From the NCBI RefSeq assembly GCF_001194135.2, contig NC_068994.1, positions 21,431,628 to 21,495,627 of the forward strand: a stretch of 64,000 nt of DNA, written 5' to 3'. Position numbers and translations under genes: made by a program. Under the pieces are notes generated by a model that was not told where the DNA came from, did not search any database, and was given only the letters and a program-made list of their open reading frames with translations. Position 1 is the first letter of the stretch; each line of letters opens with the position of its first letter. The DNA comes from Octopus bimaculoides (taxonomy: Eukaryota). Positions 36,503 through 49,149 of this stretch are shown piece by piece.

Positions 36503-36999
36503 TAGTGTCTAAGAATTGTGTATGGGCTAACCCACACAATTCGGTAAATTTCTATATTAACACCTACGTGATTTTCACTAAGAAAAAAAAAAATTCTGAC
36601 CTCCTAATATGCTGCAAATCCCTTATTTTGGTTCGGAAAAAAGGGTGGGCGAGCCACCCCTCTTTTTTCGTGCAGGTGAAAAGATCAATGGAGGTGGAGG
36701 TGAAATTTCCGAGGCTTCCAACTCTCCCCACCCCATTTTTCAGAGCCCCAAAAAGGGTTTTGTAGCATATTAGGAGGTCACAGGAATTCTTTCAACAGAA
36801 AAAAATTTCCAATGATTCCAGGAAGGTGGGGGGGGGGGGGGGGGGATCACCCCACTCGACCCCTTTTTTTTTAAACCAGAATAAGGGATTTGCAGCATAT
36901 TAAGAAGTCAGGGTACTTGATTCCATGCAAAAAATCCGATTTTTTTTATTTTTTGAAGTGAAAATTGTGCAGAAATTTACCCACAATTCTTAGACACCA
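36503..36999. mobile_element. MITE with TA target-site duplication and nested inverted repeats
   Basis: Ends TAGTGTCTAAGAATTGTG and (reverse complement) TGGTGTCTAAGAATTGTG, flanked by TA (36501-02 and 37000-01); inner IR at about 36596-36633 and 36873-36911. Confidence 0.75.
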
Positions 37000-37420
37000 T
37001 ACACATATGCACCTTACTTTATCCTATATCCACTCCTAAAAATCCCCCTACCTCACTCTATCTACCTCTCTTTCTATTTATTTTCTTTTTTACTTTTACC
37101 AATTAATAACCACCTCTGCTAACATTCTATTATTAACATTGATATGTTCGCATTTTTTCTTGGAATGTCTACTATATCAGGACTTTAACCATCATGGATA
37201 TACACAGGACTGCACATAAGGACTTACACTCATGGATCTACACAGGATTGCACCTAAGGACTCATGCTCTGGTGTCTATAACTTCGGAAAGTTGAACTAT
37301 GGACTTTTATGCTTCTTTTCCTTCTCTCTTACCATCTCCTTATTCTTTTACTCCCTTCCGCTATGTTATCATCTTATTAATATATACCATTCTGATTTTC
37401 CATATTTTTTCCCCCTATTT

Positions 37421-37477
37421 ATCTCTGATGACAGAATATCCCATACCTGGGGTATATCCCAGAAAGAGCTGCAAGAT
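37421..37477 (+). ncRNA. Degenerate type I hammerhead ribozyme (Penelope-LTR type), probably inactive
   Basis: ATCT-CTGATGA-[ATATCCCA TACC TGGGGTAT hairpin]-GAAA-GAGCTG-CA-AGAT; stem I ATCT/AGAT; cleavage triplet is GCA rather than NUH. Confidence 0.55.
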
Positions 37478-37689
37478 TTTGAATTTCTTCCTATAATATT
37501 ATTGTATATGAATTGAGATGTTTGCCTTGCCTTAATGTTTGATGTCTCATTTAACAATTATGTATCCGCTGCATCAAAAATCTGCAATGACTCCATAACT
37601 ACAGTCTCGGCAATAACCTTGGAGCCCCAGTAATCCGTTACAGCACTTAGCTAGCATACCTAATCACCTGTGAACTATTCCACCATACT

Positions 37690-37763
<74 letters not shown>

Positions 37764-38122
37764 TATATATATAAATTATATATATATATATATATACACA
37801 CACACTTTATAAATATATGTGCACACATTATATACACACATATTCATTAAATATATATATATGTATTGCTATGTCCACCACAATATTTGTACTATGCTAT
37901 ATTTCACTTGTATTCTTGTTTTTGCTCTTATTCTTACTCTACTCTATTTAAAATGATAAGCATACCTTATCTATTCTTAACTGACTTTTATATGTGTTAG
38001 CCCCCCAACTACTTGGACCCACTGAAGAAGCCTAGGGGTACATCCATTGTCCAAGCCTTGTCTGTTCATCCCTGCATAACATTGAAGAGATGGAGACAAC
38101 CTGGAAGATTTTGTTGCCTCTC

Positions 38123-38895
38123 AACAGTGTGTAAGTACCTTGAGAGAAAAGTTGGACCTAAGAAGCATCAGCTGTGGTGTGCATGAGAGACGATTGCGCT
38201 GGTATGTTCAATTGGCAAGAATGGATGAGCATAGCTGTGTGAAAAAGTGCCACAGCCTAGCAGTTGAGGAAACCTGTGGAAGAGGTCGACCCAGGAAGAG
38301 GTGGTGAAGCACGACCTTTGAACATTAGGCCTTACCGAGGCAATGAGTAGTGACCAAGACCTTTGGAAATATGCTGTGTGTGAGAAGACCTGGCAAGACA
38401 AGTGAGACCATAACATGTGGCTTTTACCAGGGGTGTAGCCAGCTCACTTATGCGTACCTTTCCTTCTTTAGGCACAAAATCCCGCTTGCAAAGACCTGTT
38501 GAGGCAAGTGAAATCGAAATTGAACCAAATTCGATTACTAGCACCTATGCCAACATTCCTTCATTGGACACTAAACTCAGCTTGCGAAGACCTGTTGGGG
38601 CAAGTGAGATCGAAACTGAACCAAATTCAATGACTGGCACCCGTGCCAGTGGAGTGCTAAAAGCACCATCCAAGCAGGATCACTGCCAGAGCAGCTGTCT
38701 TGCTTCTGTACCAGTGGCACGTAAAAAGCACCCACTACACTCTCGGGGTGGTTGGCGTTAGGAAGGGCATCCAGCTGTAGAAACTCTGCCAGATCAGATT
38801 GGAGTCTGGTGTAGCCATCTGGTTCACCAGTCCCCAGTCAAATCGTCCAACCCATGCTAGCATGGAAAGTGGATGTTAAATGATGATGATGATGA

Positions 38896-38897
<2 letters not shown>
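38123..38897 (+). mobile_element. 5'-truncated RTE LINE (ORF2 C-terminus, 3' UTR, (GAT)n tail)
   Basis: STLREKLDLRSI..ERRLRWY..RMDE.SCVKKC...GRGRPRK; continues into the GGAAGGGCATCCAGC tail. Confidence 0.9.
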
Positions 38898-38939
<42 letters not shown>

Positions 38940-38950
38940 ACATATATACA

Positions 38951-39280
38951 TACCTTCGGGAGAAGGGTTACATCTGTGAGCTGGTTGCATTTGAGGTCAG
39001 CTGCAGTGGTTTCCCAGCAGCTTCTCTCAAAAGGTTTGTGAAGTTGGCTGGTGTATCTGCTGTGAGGAAGACCATCAAGGTATGTGGGGAGAAAGCAGTT
39101 GAGGATAGTGCTTGGATTACCAGGAGGTTTATGAATGTGGATAATGCCATAGAGCTGTCATGAGTCTGGTTGCAATGCAATACATCCAGATGTTGCAGGC
39201 CCACCATGTGGAGAGATACTGAGCTTGATGGGCTGAAATCTTTTCAAAGCATGGTGCTCAGCTGATGATTGAAGCCAAAT
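38951..39280 (+). mobile_element. HERO-clade retrotransposon 3' end (RLE C-terminus and UTR)
   Basis: FEVSCSGFPAASLKRFVKLAG...GEKAVEDSAWI, matching the recalled HERO EVGCRGF...AE.AS.WLW motif. Confidence 0.65.
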
Positions 39281-39520
39281 GAGAAATGGAGCTCTCTGTG
39301 TTTTCTTCTACTGCGACCTCTGGTTTTCCAGTGACAACCATGAAAGGATGGTGACAACCGTGATAGGACAGTGATGACTGAGAGTGCGGTGACTGCAATG
39401 ATAGGACTGTGGGGCATGAGATGCCTACCTTGAGTTCTTGCAAGAAGCAGTGCTTGTGCAGGATCGGGTTATGCAACAGTTCTAAATGGCCGTTATGAAC
39501 TGGCTACCAGGTAGTCTACT

Positions 39521-39565
<45 letters not shown>

Positions 39566-40156
39566 NNNNNNNNNNNNNNNNNNNNNNNNNNNNNNNNNNN
39601 NNNNNNNNNNNNNNNNNNNNNNNNNNNNNNNNNNNNNNNNNNNNNNNNNNNNNNNNNNNNNNNNNNNNNNNNNNNNNNNNNNNNNNNNNNNNNNNNNNNN
39701 NNNNNNNNNNNNNNNNNNNNNNNNNNNNNNNNNNNNNNNNNNNNNNNNNNNNNNNNNNNNNNNNNNNNNNNNNNNNNNNNNNNNNNNNNNNNNNNNNNNN
39801 NNNNNNNNNNNNNNNNNNNNNNNNNNNNNNNNNNNNNNNNNNNNNNNNNNNNNNNNNNNNNNNNNNNNNNNNNNNNNNNNNNNNNNNNNNNNNNNNNNNN
39901 NNNNNNNNNNNNNNNNNNNNNNNNNNNNNNNNNNNNNNNNNNNNNNNNNNNNNNNNNNNNNNNNNNNNNNNNNNNNNNNNNNNNNNNNNNNNNNNNNNNN
40001 NNNNNNNNNNNNNNNNNNNNNNNNNNNNNNNNNNNNNNNNNNNNNNNNNNNNNNNNNNNNNNNNNNNNNNNNNNNNNNNNNNNNNNNNNNNNNNNNNNNN
40101 NNNNNNNNNNNNNNNNNNNNNNNNNNNNNNNNNNNNNNNNNNNNNNNNNNNNNNNA

Positions 40157-40816
40157 AAGGATGACTGATCCAAGAAAATAACATTCTTCCACTGCTCTAG
40201 GGACCAGTTCTGTAGGATTTTACTCCACTCTAAATGCTTTGCAAAGTTTGTTTTTGAAAGTAGTGATTTTCTTATTGCAGCCCTCCCATGAAATTTGGCT
40301 TTGTGCTGCTCCCGGCGAACAGTTTTTATAGAAACTGGGTTCTCGGAGTTGTCATTAAACTCTGCAGTAATTTTGGGAGCTGTACTTTTGTGATCCTTTC
40401 TAACAATTCATGTAAAGAGTCCGACGGTCCCTATCTGAAAGTTTTGGTTTTCTTCTGGAGTTTTGTTTCGACGAGGAGGTTTTCCCCTCTTTCTCAAAGG
40501 CTGTCATTACTTTTGTTACAGTATTTCTTGATACATCAAACATTTCGGCTGTTTTCATTACACTAGTGCCTGCCATACAAGCACCAACAATTTGACCTCT
40601 TTAAAAGTCTGATAGATCTGTCATTTTAATGAATTTAAATTACCTTTTTCTGATGATATCTGGAAAGAAACAGCAACTTTAGCAAAATATATAAAGCAAC
40701 ACTAATAATAATAAATCAAAAAACATAAAAATAAACAAGCTTTTGACGGTTTTATAGATATTTCAAAATTATGATGCTATGATGCTAGATGTTTCCATCA
40801 TTTTGTCCAACCCCTG
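40157..40816 (-). mobile_element. Tc1-like element 5' half (truncated by gap)
   Basis: MTDLSDF*RGQIVGA, KLSDRDRRTL, PVSIKTVRRE, HGRAAIRKSL, WKNVIF; terminus TA-CAGGGGTTGGACAAAAT on the minus strand. Confidence 0.88.
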
Positions 40817-41086
40817 TATATGTGTGTATGTATTTGTGTGTGAGCAATGTTGAGGGAAATTGGAGAGGTTAAGGAAGAATGAGAGGGCATAGAGAGTGTA
40901 CATAGTCACAGGACATCACCAGAAGTCTCGATCACTTGTCATCTCTGTTAAGCTCAACATCTGAAGATAATTTCTCACCACTTTGTCTTGTGTCTTCCAG
41001 AGATGTTAATATATACAAATACTTCTGTTCTTTGAATACTTTCCTTATTGCATATTTTTCTTTTCTTTTTTTAGTCAAAACACATA

Positions 41087-41293
41087 CAGGGTGGGCTAAA
41101 AGTCACGCATCAAATCATTTGGCATTTCATTTATATTACATTATTATCATTATCGATTTTGTTTATCATGTACAAATGCATGTATATTCATCGTTATTTT
41201 GTTCATTTTATTCAATTTTACAAAAATTGAAGCATCTTTGACCGCTCTGAAGTATATTAAAGTTATTTTGGGAGTGACTTTCGGCACATCCAG
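41087..41293. mobile_element. Tc1/mariner-type MITE
   Basis: TA-CAGGGTGGGCTAAAAGTCAC vs (reverse complement) TA-CTGGATGTGCCGAAAGTCAC. Confidence 0.6.
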
Positions 41294-41976
41294 TATACTG
41301 AAGTGTTAATTGCTTATATCCATCTTATATTGATGAATATATTTGATATTAAATTGTCAAAGTAATCTATATGGCAAACAACAAAAACATTTAAACAAAA
41401 TAGTATTTATAAAAAAGAAATAAAGACATGTTTTTAAAAATAAAGAACCATGAAATGCATTATTTTATTTTAAATGGAATATTTTTTTTCTGAAGTGTTT
41501 GATTCTAGATGATATCATGTACACAAATGTAGTACTTAAAGGTGCTATTTCAGAACATCTTTGTTATATACTTGTCCCCTTTTCAACCTTGTTAGTTGTT
41601 ATATATTATTTCTACCTGTACATCAACAAAATGTAAACAATCTTAACAATGGAACTAAATGGAAGACATAGTCTCTCAATAATATCATTCTGCTGCACTA
41701 TCATCACTTAAGATTAAATACATCTTCATAAACTGTATTGCATATATATATTTTCATCTCAGAAAATGTGCATGTGGCTGGGCTTGAACCCACAGTCCCT
41801 GTGAAGATACTGATTCTCAAAGAATTATGTCAATCATCACAGTACCTGTAGTCTTGGGCTTAGTCCCACCATGCAACACTTTGGAGAACCGTTTTTTACA
41901 ATAACCCTATGCTGACCAAAGTCTAGTGAAAGGATTTGATAAATGGAAACTGGAACAAGTTTTGAGTGTGTGGGGG

Positions 41977-42020
<44 letters not shown>

Positions 42021-42559
42021 CCTTGCTTGACATTATGTGATAGTTGTAAATGAGGACTACCATTATACAACTGGTGTTGTTCGTTTACAGTCTTCTGTGA
42101 GAAACACATCTGGCTGTGGGCAAATATTACCTTGCTTGAAAACGGGTGAAGGTTGGTAACACATAGAGAAACATGTAAGCTCTTAAGTATGCTGAGATTG
42201 TGAAATGGTTTTAATTTTTGATCAGTGTAAATTCATTTAAGTTTCCAACATCCTTTGGGAAAGAACGAATGTTCCAATATTTCAAATATTTTTTAAAAAC
42301 AAACAGTGCATATGTGGGTGTTTATTTCATATGTGCCTGTGCAGATGCATACATATACACATGTGCACACTCCACATATATACACAGAATTATATATTCA
42401 TGTATACATATACACATATAAACACACACAGACATGCACCCAAACATATTAACATATATCAATAAAACCTGTTAATTAAACATTTCAAAGCCAATGTTCT
42501 TTTTACCTCTGAACCAGAATGAAATTCAAGGAGGCTTGTATTTGCATGAAGGATACTTA

Positions 42560-42990
42560 GCTGTATGCTAGAGAATTTCTTAATTTAATAGTTCACCAAT
42601 TTCCACAGGGCATATATATGAACTGTGTTAAGTTTACTTTTTCAGCTAGCAAGAATTTTGAGTGTTATTTCAGAGGTTATAATGCTGTGAAACTGAATAG
42701 AAGAGAGTTACAAATAGCTAAGCAACAAAGATCATGCATCCATAGAATTCATGAAAATTGTCCACTAGATGGCAAAGTCGATAGTATACAGTGCCATGGT
42801 TGAATCAAACAGCAGTGATGAACCTAAAACATGTATTGGAGCAACAGAACTCGCATTCAAAAACTGTTATTATAAGCACACATATTCATTTGTGAGTCCC
42901 AATAAAAAATGTGCTACAAATTTGTTGCAGTTTATATGGTTCTTGCATGAGACAAGTCCTCCCAAATTCAAAATTACCTAGTCTATTGTA
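42560..42990 (+). mobile_element. Penelope-like GIY-YIG fragment
   Basis: CPLDG, SIVYSAMV, CIGATELAFKNCYYKHTYSF, NLLQFIWFL. Confidence 0.8.
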
Positions 42991-43339
42991 GGTTAGTGTG
43001 TAACCATATAGGAACGGGAGTTCCAAATCAAAATATGAAGTGACCTCTGAGTGAAAAATTGACAATTTTGACTCAAAGCAGTTATAACTTAAACAAAAGA
43101 ACTGAGCCTTGTATGATCATGGCTAAGGAATTTCATTCTGGTTCAGAAAAAAAAAAATAAAACAATGGTTTCGAAATGTTTAATAGGTTGATATATGGCG
43201 GGAATTATTTTGTTTTTGGTGAGAAATCAAAAATGGGGTTTGTGGTTGGTGACAGTGGTAAATTTTTGTCCAAACGGGTATGGGTGAAACTACCTAACAC
43301 AATTAACAATGGGCATTTCTCTTTCAGTCTAAGCATAGT

Positions 43340-43700
43340 TTCATTCAGTCACAATATCCAGATGTAAGGATGTAACCGCTCCCATTCCAGAGGGAGAAGC
43401 ATCACATGAAAACAAAAGAGGTCTAATTGTATCATAATGGACAGGAAATTCTAGGGAACACTGTGCTTATTTTGTCTTATCAAATGTAGTATTTTCATCT
43501 ACTCTCCACTGCCATAGTACATGCTTTCTCAACAATTACTGCAATAATTTACAGAGAGCACAAACTGTGATCAAGTCTTGGCCAGAATATTGCAAGGACA
43601 CATTGACCACTTGAAAATATTAAGGTGATTCCACAGTGTGACTATTATTTCTGTTTCCACCTTTCCTATGATTAAAAGTAATCCACAAGCTTATTGTTGC
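43340..43700 (-). mobile_element. Ty3/Gypsy RT-RNase H remnant
   Basis: WQW...FDKTK, HYDTIRPLLFSCDASPSGMGAV (about 43374-43440). Confidence 0.7.
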
Positions 43701-43799
43701 AACTACCTCTCCTGATCATTGTTATTTGAAACGTCATCCAACACTGCTTTATTGCTGAAAAGCTTCGTAAAAGAATATCTGCACAAGCTGAGCACTTGA

Positions 43800-46700
43800 T
43801 AGCTGATATTCTTTTCACAACAGGCAAAAAACCACTATTAAATAATGCAAGGAAAAAGAGATATCACCGATAGTTTGGAGAAAAAGACGTCAGCAAATTC
43901 AAAGAAAATGATGCTTCTTGACAATATTCAAAAGCGCGTTTTCCAGTTAAATTTAGTGAATATGTAATAAAAAAAAATACTATAGAAAATTTGAAATGAG
44001 CGATTTAACATTATGATTTTCCATTTCCCAGAACTTCATACATCTTTCAACTGGCCCAGATGGTGAAACAAGATGCATAGATAAAATTAGCTGGTTCCTA
44101 TAAAAGAAATAAGGTGTAAAATCCAATGAAACAGAATAATGCACGTATTTCTTCACTTCAGAGATAATGTAATTCAGTATGTCATTGTATAAGCCACTCG
44201 AACTGAAAACTGGTATGTAAGGGTGAATGGCATACTGGTATCAGGTCTCATTTTAAGTTTCGGTACAATTGTTTTCCATTACGTTCACATTCTGTAACAA
44301 GGTCGCCTTCATTCAGGTATTCATATAAAAAGGGTTACTGGAATTCTTGTTCAATTGCAAATATCATTGATCTTATTTAAGTTTCGCAAAAGCATTTCAA
44401 CGCATCGCCTTCTCAGTTAATTGCATTCGCAGTTTTATTTTGCAATATTGCTTTTGTCTTCTTCCTTTCCTAATTTTCTTTCGAATAGTCGTTTCTTTAA
44501 AACCCATTCTACGTATGTATAGAAAACGATAGTTGTCGAGATTTAATGGTTAATTATATTAGTTAACGGTGTATTGTTGGTGAAAAATTATCTATCCTAT
44601 TCTGTTGTGATACAGATAAAAGTTCAATATAAAAAAATGTTTACTTAATGAGAAAAAAAATTTACCCAAAAGAAATCTTCAGAGAAAATAGAAAGTGATT
44701 TTTCAGTATTCATCCTGTGTACAAATTTAAGCAAAACAAGAAGAAAGGGAAAAAATGAAACGTATATCATAACATACTGAGGAAAGACCTAATCTCCCCA
44801 TCACAGGTTATGTAGGGCGAATAAATATGTAAGTATCATTCTAGTGAAGGAAGTATTAAAGTGAATCATTTGATTTCCAAGAAACCTCTCCCCTCCACAT
44901 CCATACACACATTTTTCACGAAAAGATTCCTGGGATGATTTGAAATCAAATCCTTATTGAAGATCGAAACGTGAGCAACAGATACACACATACACCCACA
45001 AGTGCACTCCCACAACAAGCTATTGTCGCAATATAAATATGTACTTGCGTAATATTGAAAATGTGATTACATCAGTTTTAAACTTGTTATTTGTCTTACG
45101 ATTGAGCTTACTGGCATCAGGTTAAAGTAGCAACTACAAAAATAAGAAACATTTTAATGTTTTGTGTATCTCGAGAGGGTCATTGTGCCAATAATAAACA
45201 CTACAGGATTAAAAATCTGAATCAATTTAATGAATATGGTCGACGTTCTAATATCAATAATAATCTGATTCGGTCAACCGTTCGTATTTGTGAGCAAAAT
45301 AATAAAGCACAATCATTGTATGACGAGTTTACTGCCGCCAGAAATTAAGTCTATTTACTGTTGCCATTCAATCTGTTATTGCAATTTGTTTAAATTGTAT
45401 AAGATCTCAGAAATACTCTGAGATCTGCCTTAAACACTCAGTTGTTTATAAACGTTGAAGGCAATATAAAGTAATACAGTAGAATTATTGGGTCGGAATT
45501 GACAGCTTGCACGCATTCAGAGGGGAACCTTTGAAAATGTGGGGGTCCACTGCATTTGTTACTACGTTAATCCGCCTCTGCACATACCTACATATTCCTG
45601 TAGTCAGTTATAATCTAGAGTGCAGTGAACTTCTCCAGGTTGATTTATCGTCAGTATATTATACAAAATCAAAACTTTTAATCATAACTAACCAACATAT
45701 CAAGAGTTAGGAAACGTTAATTTTTTTTAAATGATAAATAGCATGAACACCTAATATTGTAAAAGAAAGAAGAAAAAAAACGTTCGCAGTGTAAGTAAAT
45801 TGGTATCGAAACTGGTTCGTGAATTATACAACCCGTATTATATTTGTTATTTTATTTATCTATTATTTATTTTGTGAGCTGCATTTTAGGTGAAAGTATT
45901 TGGAATATTGGAATATTTCCCAAAGGACGTTGGCGACTTAAATGAATTTGCAGTGATCAAAAATTCCACCACTTGGCGATCTCAGCGCACTGGAGAGCTT
46001 ACATGTTTGCAACATTCAGCGCACTGCTATTATATCTAATTTTACTCCCGGAGGAATAAAAGAAAAACAAATGAACTGTTGCGTGATTTGAGTCTAAATA
46101 ACAGCAGTTCAGCACTCTACAGCTGATCCCATAACAACGCCTTATCAGTTATTTATTGAAAAAAAAAATGAAAGCTCGAAGTATAAGGACAGCTGTTTAG
46201 AATGTGGAAATGTTGGCTTTGGTTCACACCCTTTCGCAAGGATATTCAGAATCGTAAATGAAAGCAAATAATTTTAATAGTTTTCAGAATCAATACGACG
46301 TTACTGGCCTATCTATCTATCTATCTATCTACCCACCCCCAAATGTTCCGTTACAATAACAATGGCGATATCTAAGACAGTGAAGTCGTGTTGGTAATGT
46401 TGGGGGTGGATAGTAACACAGTATGTAGGCAGTAGTAGTGGTAATAGTTCAAGCAGAGTAGCAATGTTGGGATTGGTTGTGGTGGCAATAAAGATGCGTG
46501 ATGGTGGTGTTCGATACGCAGAAACAGTTTTATTCCAAATTTAAGTGGAATGGATGTAATTAATTGGTTGGGGGGGGGGGCACTGTGGTGTAGTGCTGGA
46601 GGTATGTGGGGGAATAAAGTGGTGGTTGTGTATCAATTGTTGACAGTTGTGAGGAGGTAGTAGTTGTTTAGCCCTTATGTTACCCTCATTAAGTAGACTT

Positions 46701-48400
46701 ATAATTATAATTAAAAGCATTCCAGTCGTGATCATCCCGTATTTTAATTTTTCCTATGTATAGCTTAGAATATATATTTCTAGTGGCGACCACGTGGAGG
46801 CCCCCTCGTCAGTGGAGGTTGTGGCATATGGTGGTGGCCAAAATGCTTGAGTAGTAATGGTGCGTGACGGTGATCATGATACATAGTGTGATGGTTATAA
46901 TGATATATGGTTGGCATAAATGACTGTCTGTGTGTTTTGTGAATGACAATGATAGTCACAAGTGGAGAATGCGAGAGTATTGATGTATGCCGTATGCATG
47001 CACCTGTATTACTTCGGTGGTGATGTATAAGCGCAAGTGTATGCTACTACTTGTATGTAATATAGTGTTTCCCAAAATGGGTTCTGTGAGATTTAATAAA
47101 AACATGTTATTATAACAGTATTCACTATTTGAAAAAATAAGTAATGTTTTTTCATGTGAATAAATTTTCTGTCTGAAAATCTTTTGCATCATCTAATATC
47201 TTACTGAAATAAGAATGGACAGATTGTATAGGTATGGATTTCCTGATTTTCGGAAACTCACATAAGCTGTTCCATGTTGAAATAAGTTTGGGAAGCGCTA
47301 CTGGAGTGAATGTGTGTTGTTAATGCAGCTCTGGTCGATTATATTGATGGTACGTATAGTGGTGTGATATTCTATTGCATAAAGTATACATGTGGATACA
47401 TTAATGAAGGCGGAAAATCACAGCTAACACATATTTTGAATGAATGTTAACGGTGAATTTACTTAGGTAGCAGTATCAGTCATATTCAAGGTTTGTATAT
47501 TTTATGTAATCTGTTTCGGAGCAGAAACGATTTTGTGCGTTCGTATGGCGTCGCGATTGATTGTTGGTTTGCGTGTGACAACATGTTGATATATGTTTGT
47601 GTGAGTGGAGTGATTCTGTTTGCGTTGGCGTGTGTGGGTGTATGGATGTTGATGGCTCCATATAGGTGATGTTTGTGATGCCTGTTAACTGTGTGTAAAT
47701 ATAGATATGTGTTAACATAAAATCCTGTGTATATGCACGTAATTTACTGCGTTACGTTTCACTATGTATACAGTAATTTTCGAATTTAAACGTCCACTAC
47801 TATGAGATTTCCAGCAGAGATTATGGAGGAACATGAATTTTAGCACACTTGATATGGCTCAATATAACAAAACAGAGTTCAATTTCATACAGAAAAGTAA
47901 TTTCTATCGCGTGTACTGAACATTTTTGGCGAAACTACATTTTGCGTTCGCTATAACACGAATTATACTAACTACACAGCCTTATTTTCGTATTGGAAGC
48001 GCACCAAAATTCGTGAAAGATGTGGATTCATTTAAAAATAAACAAGTGCACAATCTTGTACATTTGCTAAGAAACTCATCCATCCTTACTTCAGTACATA
48101 CGGCGAAGGCAATGTTATTCTGGTGAGGTTAGAATAAAGCTCAAATATGTCCAGAGTTCTCTTATATGCTTGCCAGAAAAATTGTCCAGAAGTGATTCTT
48201 TTTCCTCACTGCATATATATTTTGTTCGTTACAACTATTAACACACACAGAGGACAGCTAAGGATTCATTAGAATCTAGGTATATCAACGTCAGGAATGA
48301 CAGGTACTCAGTATCGAGCTCAGTACGTTAAAGCAACTCTCAGCTGTCGTTTTTGGTAGTATACACACAAACATCGATCTATGTATGAATATACACAGAC
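43800..48400 (-). promoter_or_regulatory. Second TE-poor, CpG-retaining block; candidate distal promoter or first-intron region
   Basis: About 4.5 kb with no recognisable transposon and frequent CG by eye; candidate minus-strand donors GAA|GTAAGG (48090/48089) and CAT|GTAAGC (46003/46002). Confidence 0.35.
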
Positions 48401-48582
48401 ATATAAATATATACATGGGTACCAAATCAAATATAAACCATAGATCCAACCCAGAGTTGGTTCTAAGTGTGACGTAATGTATAAAAGAACTCAGATGGTG
48501 TTCAAGTTAATCCCACTTGTGTTCTTCATTTTCTACATATATATTAATCGAAGCGCACAGTATTATATATCCATTATGGCCG

Positions 48583-48665
48583 AGCTTACCAATCAGTTTC
48601 GCACTAGAGGTTTAATGTGATGTTAGATAGCAGCCTGATTATATAACCCTGCACTCTTCAGAGGT
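48583..48665 (-). ncRNA. Type I hammerhead ribozyme motif with intact catalytic core, in the 3' flank of a Penelope-like element
   Basis: Minus strand: CCT-CTGAAGA(48661-48655)-GTGCAGGGTT...AACCTCTAGTGC-GAAA(48600-48597)-CT GATT GG-TA-AG; GUA triplet, predicted cut at 48587/48586. Confidence 0.62.
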
Positions 48666-49149
48666 AGCAGTTATGGAATGAAATATGGTGACTACTCTCT
48701 ATTGTTGGAGGGGAAAAGACATTGTTTTATGGTTACTATGAAAAAGACGACAAAACGGACTAAACAAAGGTAAAATTAAGAGTTATGTCCCACGGTACCA
48801 AACGACCACCTCAGGAGGTGTTGCAAGGTGATGAGTTTTCTGGAAATGTGTGTAAATTTTGGGGTTGGTGTTCTTGTAGTTTGAATGTGTCCAGTGGCAC
48901 TATATGTATAGCGTTTTATGGTGGGCAGGGTGGTACCCAAAGGCTGCATAAGTAACTATGTATTTGTGTGTGTTTTGTTTATGTTTTGGTTAAATTCTTT
49001 AGAGTATTTGTGTGGGTATAGAGTGTGTGTAGGGGTACTGTATGTGTAAGGGCTTATATCGGGTGAGGCTGAAAAGAAACTATTGGGTGAATGTCTGCCG
49101 TGTTAGGCACATATGTGTCTGTGAGTGCATTTGTGTTTGTTCTGGTCAA

